DNA from: Rhodospirillales bacterium
GTDB lineage: Bacteria > Pseudomonadota > Alphaproteobacteria > Bin95
Direction: 5' to 3'
DNA: 64,000 bases
Assembly (NCBI GenBank): GCA_038143065.1
Contig: JAYQLI010000035.1
Location: forward strand, 1,440,894-1,504,893
Shown: piece after piece, positions 10,460 to 21,234 of the stretch
Layout: every line of letters begins with the position of its first letter
Position numbering within the stretch: the first letter of the stretch is position 1
Program-made: the position numbers and the translations under genes
Notes under the pieces: generated by a model
Seen by the model: only the letters and a program-made list of their open reading frames with translations
Told to the model about the DNA's origin: nothing
Database searches by the model: none

Positions 10460-12253
10460 ATGAATTATGCAGACCCTTCAGGCTTTAAAGCACAAGACCT
10501 CCAACAAATTCGAAGTCAGATCGAAGGCTGGCTTAGCCGCTTTGAGACCGCATTAACAGCGTGCGACGCCAACAAATTATCGGATTGTTTCACAAGGGAT
10601 GGAAACTGGAGGGATGTTCTAGCTTTCACATGGCACCTCACCCCGTCTGTTGGCGCGTCACAAATAGGTACTGGGTTTGTAGAGCGACAACCATCTGTCC
10701 TTGCACATAAATTTGAAATCAACCCAGAGCGTAGTGAACCAAGAAGGGTAACGAGACTTCAGAAAGACTGCATCGAAGCCATGATTCGCTTCGAAACTAA
10801 ACTTGGACGAGGTGAAGGTGTTCTGCGCCTCATAGAGGAGGGCACTACTTTAAAAGCGTGGGCACTCTCTACCTCGTTAGAGGAAATAAAGGGTTTTGAG
10901 GAAAAAATTGGAGCAAATCGACCTAGTGGATCAGCATACTCCCGAAATTTTGGTGGAGACAACTGGGAAGATGCTCGTCAGCGTGCACAATCTTATGAAG
11001 ATCATCATCCCACTGTTCTTGTAGTCGGCGGAGCACAGGCTGGGTTATCTATTGCAGCTCGATTGAATCAACTAGGTGTAGACACACTAGTTGTCGAAAA
11101 ATGGCCACGGATAGGGGATAGCTGGAGAAAGCGCTATCACTCTCTGGCACTTCACAACTCAATCCACGTCAATAACTTGCCGTACATGCCATTTCCACCC
11201 ACTTGGCCAAATTATATTCCCAAAGACATGCTGGGCTTATGGTTTGAGTCGTATGCCCAGATCATGGAAATCAATCATTGGACTTCGACTGAATTTACAA
11301 AAGGTGAATGGGATGAGGCTGCAAAACACTGGAATGCAACTCTAAAACTAGCCGATGGATCAGAGCGGTTGCTGAAACCACGGCACATCGTTTTTGCTAA
11401 CGGAGTTAGCAGCTATCCATTGAAGCCGGAGATCCCAGGACTGGAAGAATTTGAAGGCGATGTTATCCATTCAGAAGGCTTTGATAGCGGCGCACCTTAC
11501 GCCGGCAAAAAAGCGATAGTGATTGGAACTGGCTCAAGCGGCAATGATATCGCTCTAGACTTACACAGCTTTGGCGTGGATACAACAATTGTTCAACGAG
11601 GCTCCACGACGGTCGTATCTATCGAACCGTCCGCTAAACTGAATTATGCTCTCTATGACGAAGGGCTTTCGGTTGAGGAATGTGACCTAATTGGCCTAGC
11701 CGCCACTCCTCCATTGGTCATCAAAGCCTATCAGCTTGCCGTCAAACGAATGATGGACCTCGACAAGGAAATGATCGAAGGCTTGGAAAAAATTGGCTTT
11801 AAATATGACATTGGTGAAGACGGCACTGGACACCAGATGAAGTACCGTCGGCGCGGCGGTGGGTATAATCTGGATGCAGGCAGCTCGGCTTTGATGATTA
11901 AGGGTGAAATTGGTCTTATCCAAAACGATGAGTTCGAAAGCTACTGTGCATAGGGAGCTCGCATGAAAGATGGCTCCTTAGTTGAGGCAGACGTTATTGT
12001 TCTCAGTACAGGTTACTATCCACAAGGGGAACTTGTTCGGCGCGCTCTAGGTGAAGATATGGCGTCAAAAATAGGGCCCATCTGGGGTGAAGATGAGGAT
12101 GGCGAACTCGCCAATATGTTTAAGCGGACTCCTCAGGAAGGCGCTTGGTTTATTGCAGGTAGCCTCACCCAGGTTCGGGTTTATTCCAAATACCTGGCAT
12201 TGCAAATCAAGGCTCTGGAAGAAGGCCTAATTGACACCAATCCTCACTCTTAA
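10460..12253 (+). CDS. Flavin-containing monooxygenase (type II FMO-like, long N-terminal extension); in-frame TAG at 11951-11953
   Basis: GGAQAG (FAD), WRKRYHSLALH, FEGDVIHSEGF (FxGxxxHxxxF), GTGSSG (NAD(P)H), STGY. The C-terminal ORF 11963..12253 is in the same frame. Confidence 0.88.
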
Positions 12254-12276
12254 GCTCAGTAATGAAGGTCGGTTTC

Positions 12277-13180
12277 ATGTCGTTAGAAGTCATTCCAAGC
12301 GGAAAAGCACTAGGTGCAGAAATTCGTGGAATTGACCTTTCAGAAGGCCTTAGTGGAGAGACACTATCAGCGGTCAATGCTGCCTGGTTGGATCACTTAG
12401 TTCTTCTATTCCGAAATCAAACCATCGATGATCACCAACTCCTGCAAATGGCTGAAAAGCTGGGGAAGCCAGGCAACTAAATCTAGGGACTACTACGTAA
12501 AAGCTGGCTTCACTGAAAAATCTGCAAGATTGTCTGCGGTACCAGGAATTTCGATAATCTCAAACCTAGACGACGACGGAAATCCCGTTGCGCTTCATGC
12601 GGGAAGTGGAAGCCAAGAACTTCACTGGCATACCGATAATTCATACGTTGAAAACCCTCCGAAGGGCAGCATCCTTCATGCCCTTCAAACTCCGCAAGCA
12701 GGCGGTGGTCACACAAGCTTTGCAAATCAATATCTAGCCTATGAAAATTTACCCGACGAACTAAAGGCAAAACTTCCTGGCTTACATATTCTACATGATG
12801 ACAGCCGGAATACGGCTGGAGGTCTTCGTCCAACACGTGTTGCTGCGCAAGCTCGTAGCGAGGTGACTGGTCCTGTACACCCCCTTATTCGCGTTCATCC
12901 CGAAACAGGAAAAAAAGCGCTTTACCTAGGGCGTCGCTATGCTTGGCCATCAAGTCATATCGTCGAATTAGACGACAATGAAAGTGAGAAATTATTGAAC
13001 TCTCTCTGGTCCGCAGCCTCAAAACCTGAGATTACCTGGACACACTCTGACTGGCGACCTGGCGACGTTCTTATGTGGGATAATAGGTGCACTCTGCATG
13101 CTCGGTCTAAAGTGGATCATACTCAGGCAAGAGAAATGCACCGAACCCTAATCAAAGGGGAGGCTATTATAGCAGGATAG
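12277..13180 (+). CDS. TauD/TfdA family 2-oxoglutarate/Fe(II) dioxygenase; frameshift near 12465
   Basis: LGAEIRGIDL, VLLFRNQ, WHTD, GGHTSFAN, HPLIRVHPETGKKALY, WDNRCTLHAR. Confidence 0.9.
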
Positions 13181-13181
13181 A

Positions 13182-14823
13182 TTACTGTGAAGACGGAATA
13201 ATCGGATCCAGCATAGGCTTACCCAAAATCAAGTCGGCACCCTTTTCCGCTATCATCATGGTACCTGCATTGAGATTGGCAGAGAGCATAGTGGGCATAA
13301 CAGAAGCATCAATTACTCGCAGTCCATCAATTCCACGTACACGAAGTTTATCGTCAACCACACTTGTAGGATCAGTTGACGGGGCCATGCGGCAGGTACC
13401 CATTACATGATAGGTTGTATTTCCATAATGGCGGGCAGCCTCAAGTAATTCTTCGTCTGTTTGCACACTGTTGCCTGGGTAACTTTCAGCATCCACATAC
13501 GGCTTAAGAGCTTCTGTATGGATCAATTTTCTTGCGAGTTTCATAGCACCAACAACAACTCTGCGATCTTCTTCCGCATCTAAATAATTAGGCTGGATAG
13601 CGGGTGCTTCAAACGGATCATTAGACTTAGCCCGAACGTATCCTAAGCTCTCTGGTCGATGCTGCCATGCTGCAATTGTAAAGCCTGGATGATCATCAAA
13701 AAACCCATGCATCCCAGGCTTGTAACTTGCTGGCGTAAATATGAACTGAAGGTCATTGCTCTTCACAGCAGGGTCCGTATGCCAAAACCCGTAGACCATA
13801 GATGCGCTGAGGTTAACTATACTTTTTCCACCCATAAAATATTTAGCAATCTCGCCAAGGAGTTGAATACCCTTCGCCCGTTCGTTCAAAGTTTCGATGT
13901 TTTTGACCTTAACAGCAAAACGAGGGGCATAGTGGTCGCGAAGGTTCTCTCCAACACCTTTGAGCTCGTGTATCACTGGAATTTGGCGTTCACGAAGCAA
14001 ATCCCCAGGCCCTATGCCAGACAATTGCAGCAGCTGAGGCGAGTTGATAGCACCGCCACTCACAATTACCTCGCGATTAGCTCGAACTTCTAACTTTGAG
14101 CCTCCACGACCACCCTTAGAAAATTCGACGCCTACAGCCTTTTTATTATCTAAAATCAGCCGTGTCGCATGTGCATCCGTCTTGATGGTTAAATTTTTTC
14201 GTCCTTTGACCGGATTGAGAAAGGCCTTGCGGTGCTCACTCGCCTTCGCCCTCTGACTGTTCGCTGAACGTACGAAACACCAGCCTGGTCTTCCCCGTTG
14301 TAGTCAGGGTTACGTGGAATACCTACTTCCTGAGCTCCCCGCATAAACGCTTCACAGAGAGGATGTTGGTAATCGAGATCTGTTACCGATAAAGGTCCCT
14401 CCCGGCCTCGGAAAAAATCGTCGCCTTCACCAATTCTTTGCTCGCATCGCTTAAAATAGGGCAATACGTCTGCATAACCCCACCCTTGGTTACCACGCTG
14501 AGCCCAGCCATCGAAATCCATTCTTTGGCCACGATTGTATATGTGACCATTGATAGAAGAGGACCCACCAAGGGTCTTGCCACGAGGCACATCGATGTTT
14601 CTATCAGCAGTCCAATAACTAGGCTCAGTCTCATAAAGCCAATTTACTGAGGGATTGTTTAGGGTCTTGATAAATCCCGCCGGGATGTGAATGAAGGGTT
14701 CCAATCTCTAGGTCCAGCTTCCAGCAGACACACCGTATACTTACCATTCTCGGTGAGCCTATTAGCCAGAATACAGCCAGCTGATCCAGCGCCTACAATT
14801 ACATAATCAAATGCTTCAGCCAT
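13182..14823 (-). CDS. GMC (choline dehydrogenase-like) oxidoreductase; frameshifts near 14702 and 14222
   Basis: [84 protein letters not shown]. Confidence 0.92.
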
Positions 14824-14939
14824 ATCGCAGCTCACCGTATTTGAAAGTGGAAGAAGGTTTTATCTGCAGATCATTAAAAGCCCAGGGTCTAAAGCTAAGA
14901 CCAATGTCCTAACCTTAAAAAGCTGGCTCATTTTGATCC

Positions 14940-15771
14940 TCAAAGCTTTGCTGTGTTGGTAGTCGCACCATTATATAAAATCTGACTCACAGCGTCTGAT
15001 GCTTTAACGTGATAAGCCATAATCGCAGGATCAAAATCGTGCGCGGGTCGGGGTGTATGCTCAAAAGCTTGAAATTTATCCTCGCCACTCACGAGCGCCG
15101 CCGAGTCCCAATCACCTACAATTTGTTCAGTATCTGCTGGCATGAAATGCATCGAAACACCAATGCGACGATCCATTCCACTGTTAGGACCGCTGGCATG
15201 AGCAAGACGATAATTGTGTATGGACATCTGTCCAGGCATCAAAGGCATATGAACAGCGTGGGCGTCATCTACTCCGCGCGTTATTTCCTGCCCACGCGTC
15301 AGCATATTATCGGTATGATAGCGATCCTCATGCGTTAAGCTCTCTCCACGGTGCGTGCCAGGCATAACACGCATGCAACCATTTTCTGTCTGAGCTGGGG
15401 ATAGGGCTAACCATGCTGTAATGACCTTATCACTAGACAATCCCCAATAGGTGTTATCTTGATGCCACGAAACAAAACTCTTCGGAACCAGCATCCTTGA
15501 TCCAAAAAATTGTGTTCCAGCATAGAATGTTCGGGCCAATTAACTGTTTAATTGGGCTGAGTACTCTTTCGTCGCGAATAACATCATCCAACCACTTAAA
15601 AAGAAGATGTGATTTTGCCCTATAAGCTGGAGGTAATTTTCCACCATTTTTTACCTCAGCTGCTTCCAGGCTATCCCGACAAGCTGCCACTTCAGACGCT
15701 GCTAACACATCAATAGGAAAGACGTATCCTTCTTGTTCATATTGGCGGATTTGGTCGTTTGTCAGTGACAT
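14940..15771 (-). CDS. Phytanoyl-CoA dioxygenase (PhyH) family; frameshift near 15478
   Basis: YEQEGYVFPIDV, WHQDNTYWGL, TAWLAL, NGCMRVMPGTH, HASGPN..RRIG. Confidence 0.88.
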
Positions 15772-15865
15772 TAGGGGATCCTCCTGAGGTTCTAATTTGA
15801 AAACTTTATTACTGTAGTGAAGCAATGCTTCTCAAAATTAATACCTGCTGTGGCTCTGATACCTA

Positions 15866-16342
15866 CTACACACTAGCATCTCTCTGAGCTGAACTAGCAA
15901 CCATGCGAGCCACTTCATATTCTAAAACTGTTTCACCTTTTTTGGTTGATTGCGCGGTTCAAAGTTTTGACTATTCCTCGTCCACCTTTGCTTGTTTCAC
16001 GGACCATTTGAACCTCAACATCGCAGTAAATGGTATCCCCTACGTTAGTAGGTCCTGTCATTTTCATTGTTGTCTCTAGCATGGCAAGGCCCGTCATTTG
16101 CATAGTACCTTGCACTAAAAGACCTCGCAAAAACAATAAACAAGGGCTCCGGGAACAGGGCGGCCACCCTTTATAGCCCCATGCCGGTCAGAAAACGTTG
16201 CATCAGTAAATATCATCTCAACCATGCCTGTTGCATTAATGAAATTTACAAGATCAGCTTCCGTTATAGTGCGATTGATCGTTCTGAATCGATCACCCGC
16301 TTTCAGTTCATCCCAGCCAATTCCCAATCCTACAACACGCAT
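15866..16342 (-). CDS. MaoC family (hot-dog fold) dehydratase; two frameshifts
   Basis: GDRFRTINRTITEADLVNF, GRPVPG, GDTIY, RGIVK. After restoring the frame in an A-run it ends NQKGETVLEY..SV-stop. Confidence 0.8.
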
Positions 16343-16384
16343 ATAATTAACCTTCCGTTTAAAAGTGTCAGTTTATCCTCAAAA

Positions 16385-17033
16385 TCATGGCGCTGGAATT
16401 TTATCCCTGTGGCGACAAAGATCTGCAACTGGGCACCGCCAACACTCAGGCTTCCTAGCCTTACAAAGATATCGCCCATGCAAGATAAGCCAATGATGAG
16501 CATGCAGCATGTATTCAGGTGGTGTTCGCTTCAGCAATGAGAGCTCGACGGCAAGTGTGGTTTTACCAGGTGCTAGGCCTGTCCGATTTCCAATCCTAAA
16601 GATATGCGTGTCGACCGCCATAGTAGGCGCACCAAAGGCCATATTGCGAACGACATTTGCTGTTTTTCTGCCAACTCCAGGAAGTTTCTCCAAAGCAGCC
16701 TGATCATCAGGTACTTCCCCCATGTTCGGAAAGAAGAATTTCTGAGAGCTTAATTACGTTTTTAGCCTTAGAATTATAAAGGCCTATTGTTTTAATATGT
16801 TCCTTCAACCCCTCTTCACCGAGAGCTACCATGGCCTGCGGTGTTTTAACGTCCTGGAAGAGTCTCTCCGTAGCCTTATTTACTGAAATATCTGTCGCTT
16901 GCGCTGACAATGCTACTGCCACCAGCAGTGTGTATGGGTTTACAAAGTTTAACTCTCCTTGAGGCTCTGGGTTTAAAGCTGCAAGGCGGCGGTAAAATTC
17001 GGCCACTTGGGCCTTGGGCATCGGTCTCGGCAT
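16385..17033 (-). CDS. nth: Endonuclease III; frameshift near 16718
   Basis: LLVAVALSAQATD, LPGVGRKTANVV, AVDTHIFR, HGRYLCKARKPECWRCPVADLC (4Fe-4S). Confidence 0.95.
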
Positions 17034-17078
17034 GATGCGCTATACTGAGCTATAAAGAGAGGTATGCAAGAGGTGTCC

Positions 17079-17580
17079 ATGAAAAATAACGCCGAGAGCA
17101 AACCAATTTTTGAAGCCACTCTCTATCCCTACCGTAGTTTACCCCCAAAAGTATTTTGGTGGCTGATGGCAGGAGTTACAGGAGTAAGTTTCATTACCGG
17201 GCTAGCATTTGCCTCAATTGGCGCATGGCCTATTTTGGGTTTTTTGGACTTGACGTGATACTTCTTTTCATTGCCTTCCGTTTGAATTATCGATCTGGAA
17301 GGTTGGTAGAAACAGTTACTCTAACGAGGGAGGAACTTCTAATTCGAAGAATTCACCCGAGTGGCAAAGTAATAGAGAAACGCCTACAGCCTTATTGGCT
17401 ACAAGTTAACTCAATACCCACGTCAGAGGAGATAGGTGCTCCCCAGCAGAAATTCGCCTCTCAAGTCATGGAAAAGTTTTCTCGTTAGGTCACTTCCTTA
17501 CCGACGATGAACGATCCAATCTAACAGAAGCACTAAATAATGCTCTTTCCAAATGTAGAGCCATGCCAGAACTTCAATGA
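17079..17580 (+). CDS. DUF2244 domain membrane protein; two frameshifts
   Basis: FEATLYPYRSL, GAWPILGF(F)GLDV, AFRLNYR, LGHFL; divergent from nth as is usual in Alphaproteobacteria. Confidence 0.8.
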
Positions 17581-18341
17581 CTATGCCATACACAAATCCA
17601 TCAGATCTCACAGGGCTTGATATCCTAGTAACTGGCGCAGGTAGGGGCCTTGGGAAAGCTGCAGCTAGAATGCTGGCAGGATGTGGCGCCAAAGTTTTTG
17701 GCGTATCTCGAACCGAGAGCGAGCTAAACGAGCTTAAAAATTTAATTCAGAACGACGGTGGGCAGGCAGAAGTCGCCAAACTAGACGTAACCGACTTAAA
17801 CGCCGTTCGAAGTCTAATTGGCGATCTACCGAAACTGGATGCGGTCATCAATAATGCTGGGTGGAACCGTCCTCAGCATACATTTGATGTCGATGACACT
17901 ACCTTTGATGCGATGGTGGACATTAACCTTCGAGCTACTTTTGCAGTCGCACAAGCAACAGCAAGGCGATTCAAACAAGACGGCACCAAAGGTTCAATTG
18001 TGAATATGTCGAGCCAGATGGGTCATGTGGGTGGACCGCTGAGAAGCGTCTATTGCATGACAAAATTTGGACTCGAAGGTATGACCAAGGCAATGGCTGT
18101 GGACCTAGCCGGTGAAGGTATTCGCGTTAACACGGTGGCACCAACTTTTGTAGAAACACCACTAGCATCCGAGTTTTTAAAAGAACAATCTTTCAGGGAC
18201 TTTGTCATTGGATCTATTCCTATGGGCAAACTCGCCACGGAAGACCAAGTGGCTGCAGCATGCGTATATCTTTGCTGCCCACTTTCAGCGATGACCACAG
18301 GAACAAGTATTTTGATAGATGGCGGTTGGACTGCAAAATGA
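17577..18341 (+). CDS. SDR family oxidoreductase (HpsO-like subgroup)
   Basis: TGAGRGLG, NNAG, SSQMGHVGG, YCMTK, IRVNTVAPTF, DGGWTA. Confidence 0.88.
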   Translation: MTMPYTNPSDLTGLDILVTGAGRGLGKAAARMLAGCGAKVFGVSRTESELNELKNLIQNDGGQAEVAKLDVTDLNAVRSLIGDLPKLDAVINNAGWNRPQHTFDVDDTTFDAMVDINLRATFAVAQATARRFKQDGTKGSIVNMSSQMGHVGGPLRSVYCMTKFGLEGMTKAMAVDLAGEGIRVNTVAPTFVETPLASEFLKEQSFRDFVIGSIPMGKLATEDQVAAACVYLCCPLSAMTTGTSILIDGGWTAK

Positions 18342-19310
18342 CGATGCGTATTGTATTTCTAGATCGCGCTATCTTCGCAAATACAGTCAAGCTTGAAGCA
18401 CCCTCATTCAGCCATGAATGGACGGAATACGCCGAAACAAAGCCAGATCAAGTTGTTGAACGACTAAATGGATGCAAAATTGCTATCTCTAGCAAGATTC
18501 CAATCAAAGCTCGGGAAATGGATCTTCTTCCCAACCTGAAAATGATAGCAATTGCAGGGACAGGCACCGATCACATCGATATCGAAGCAGCTACACGTAA
18601 GGGAATAACGGTAGCGAACCTCAAAGGATATGCCTGGAGAGCAGTAGCTGAGCACGCAATTGCCCTATCTTTTTCCCTCGCTCGTAATCTCAAAAGCTAT
18701 AGCAATGCTGTTGCTAAAGGACACTGGTCAGAAGCTGATGCCTTTTGTTGGCATGGTGGAGGGGAAATCCGCGACCTTTTAAATTCATGCTTTGCAGTTT
18801 TTGGCCGAGGTGCAATTGGAGCGGAGGTCGGACGGCTCGCAAGCCTTCTTGGAATGAACGTAATCTATGCCGAACGCAGAGATGCAAAGCATGTCCGCCC
18901 AAATTATGTAGCCTTTGATGAAGCACTAGCCATGGCAGATATGATCAGTCTGCACTGCCCTCTCATAGACTCAACACAAGGAATGATTGACAGAATCTGC
19001 TTTTGCCAAGATGAATAGGAAACCGATATTAATTAATTGTGGCCGTGGGGGCTTAGTCAATGAAATGGCCCTGGTTAAAGCGTTGAATGAAGAACAGATT
19101 TCTGGAGCTGGCTTTGACGTTCTGTCAAAGGAACCCCCAGATACGGACGACCCCAATCCATTTTTGAAACTAGCTGATCGGCCAAATGTAATTATTACAC
19201 CTCACGTAGGCTGGGCCAGCCAAAATGCAATGCAAGCAGCCGCTGATATGCTTATCGGTAATATAAATGCGTTCCAAGCTGGCAAACCTGAAAACGTTGT
19301 TGTGGTTTAA
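18338..19310 (+). CDS. D-2-hydroxyacid dehydrogenase (glycerate dehydrogenase/hydroxypyruvate reductase-like); frameshift near 18990
   Basis: IVFLD, GTGTDHID, VAEH, GRGAIG, SLHCPL, INCGRGGLV, DVLSKEPP, TPHVGWAS. Confidence 0.88.
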
Positions 19311-20309
19311 TGGGCCAACCGCCACGCGAAATTGTGGATGCCTTGATCCGCTTAAAATTGGTCAACGAACCAGTTTCAGGAGAACCACTCATAGGTGGTG
19401 TTTCATCGGATATCTGGCGAATTGATAGGCCAAACGGACCAATTTGTGCGAAGAGGGCTCTTGGTAAACTTAAAGTAGCTGCCGATTGGCATGCCCCGGT
19501 TGAACGAAGTATTTATGAAGCAAGATGGCTTACTCGTGCATCTGCGGCTTTGCCGGGAGTAGCGCCTAAAATGCTGGGGCAGGATGAAGTGTCCGGTGTC
19601 ATTGCTCTAGAGTGGCTTCCACCAGACAACCATCCAGTCTGGAAGACAGAGATGATAACTGGGCATATCCCCCACGCATTTGCGGGGGAAGTAGGACGTC
19701 GGCTAGCTCGCATTCATTCTGTAACAGCTCTCGTGCGCGACCCATCGATTGAGGTGGATTTTCCAACGGATTCAATTTTTTATGCAATCCGGCTTGAACC
19801 TTATCTCGCAGCATTGCGGCCGGTGTGGCCTGACTTAGCCCCTCATCTAACCGCTTTGATTAACAGAACCGCTTCCACAAAACGCTGTCTTATCCATGGA
19901 GACATAAGCCCGAAAAATATTTTGATGGGCCCATCCGGTCCTGTTTTTATTGATGCAGAATGTGCTTGGGCGGGAGACCCAGCTTTTGATCTTGCATTTT
20001 GCCTTAATCACTTACTGCTTAAATGCAATGTTCACCCCGACAAGTTAGCAGCTTTCGGTAAAAGCTTTAAAAAGCTATCGCAAGTATACTTAAAAAGGTG
20101 TTGATTGGGAGTCCCACCAAGAACTGGAGATGCGCGCCGCCACTCTTTTTGCCAGCTCTTTTGCTTGCTCGAGTGGATGGAAAATCTCCGCCGAATACAT
20201 CACTGCTTCGAAGGATAAAGAACGTATTCGCAAAATTGCTTCATCATTAATTCAATCCAGTCCTCACAGCCTTACCAAAATATGGAATGCCTGGTCAGAA
20301 GAATTTTAA
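19310..20309 (+). CDS. Aminoglycoside phosphotransferase/MtnK-like kinase; frameshifts near the 3' end
   Basis: GGVSSDIW, CAKRAL, HGDISPKNIL, IDAECA..GDPAFD, LLARVDGKSP. Confidence 0.8.
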
Positions 20310-20389
20310 TAGCTATGCCAATTAATCAGAAACAATGAGTCCGATTTTGAGCAAGGCAATAACGCACAAACAGATTTGCGCTAACCGCT

Positions 20390-20671
20390 CTAAATTTCGC
20401 CGAAGCCCTGATCAATTAAATTTGAAACTGCCGAGACAGCTTCATCGGCCCTATGACCTTCGGCTACTATTATCACTTTAGTTCCAAATTCAGCGCCCAG
20501 CATCAAAAGGTCCATGATTGAATTGGCCTCTGCTGTCTCACCATTGCACTTGATGAAAACGTCGGCTTCAAAAGTTTGCACCAGGCTGGCCACCTTAGCT
20601 GCGGGACGCGCATGAAGCCCTTTTGGATTACAGATAACCGTCTCTTTAGCAGTGCCCAAATTAGTCACCAT
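20390..20671 (-). CDS. ptsH: Phosphocarrier protein HPr/NPr
   Basis: GLHARPA (His15), ANSIMDLLML (Ser46). Confidence 0.93.
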   Translation of the reverse strand: MVTNLGTAKETVICNPKGLHARPAAKVASLVQTFEADVFIKCNGETAEANSIMDLLMLGAEFGTKVIIVAEGHRADEAVSAVSNLIDQGFGEI

Positions 20672-20674
20672 TAC

Positions 20675-21064
20675 TTAATACACGACTAGCCATGCAGATA
20701 TATTTTTTCCAGCATCTTCCGCCTGAGATGCGCAATCTTTCAAAGCTAGCTTCTCACGTGTCTGCGCAAGTTTAACAAGCATAGGAAGATTTACTCCGGC
20801 AATTACCTCAACTCGCGCACCTTCCATAATCGATATAGCTAAATTTGAAGGAGTACCTCCAAACATATCAGTTAATAGGACTACTCCATCGCCAGAGTCA
20901 TTTCTTCGAACAGCTTTAGATATGTCTTTTCGGCGAGCAATAGGATCATCTTCAGGTCCAATCGCAATGGCTTCCGCTTGCGGCAAGTCACCGACTACAT
21001 GTCGCAGCGCCTTCAAAAGTTCTGCTGCTAATTCACCGTGAGAAACGACCACTATGCCGATCAT
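20675..21064 (-). CDS. manX: PTS mannose/fructose-type EIIA
   Basis: MIGIVVVSHG, LTDMFGGTPSNLA, AGVNLPML. Confidence 0.92.
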   Translation of the reverse strand: MIGIVVVSHGELAAELLKALRHVVGDLPQAEAIAIGPEDDPIARRKDISKAVRRNDSGDGVVLLTDMFGGTPSNLAISIMEGARVEVIAGVNLPMLVKLAQTREKLALKDCASQAEDAGKNISAWLVVY

Positions 21065-21234
21065 AAAATCCCCTCCGGCTAAATTCCCTGCCCCCAGGTT
21101 AGTTTGATTACACTTATTACGAAAACCTCTTAACCTGCCAGTTAAAAAAGATCACGCAATATCACAATAGCTGGTGCATCTTTATGTCTAGCATCACAAA
21201 TAACTTGTTGTGGTTGGTTCTAATTAGCTCATGA

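Noticed and set aside
11951-11953. Pyrrolysine or amber recoding
   Set aside because: Single instance; TAG is a normal stop elsewhere in the window (e.g. metH, rpsO), and no pyl genes are present.
21130-21145. CtrA box
   Set aside because: Spacing is TTAA-N8-TTAA, not N7.
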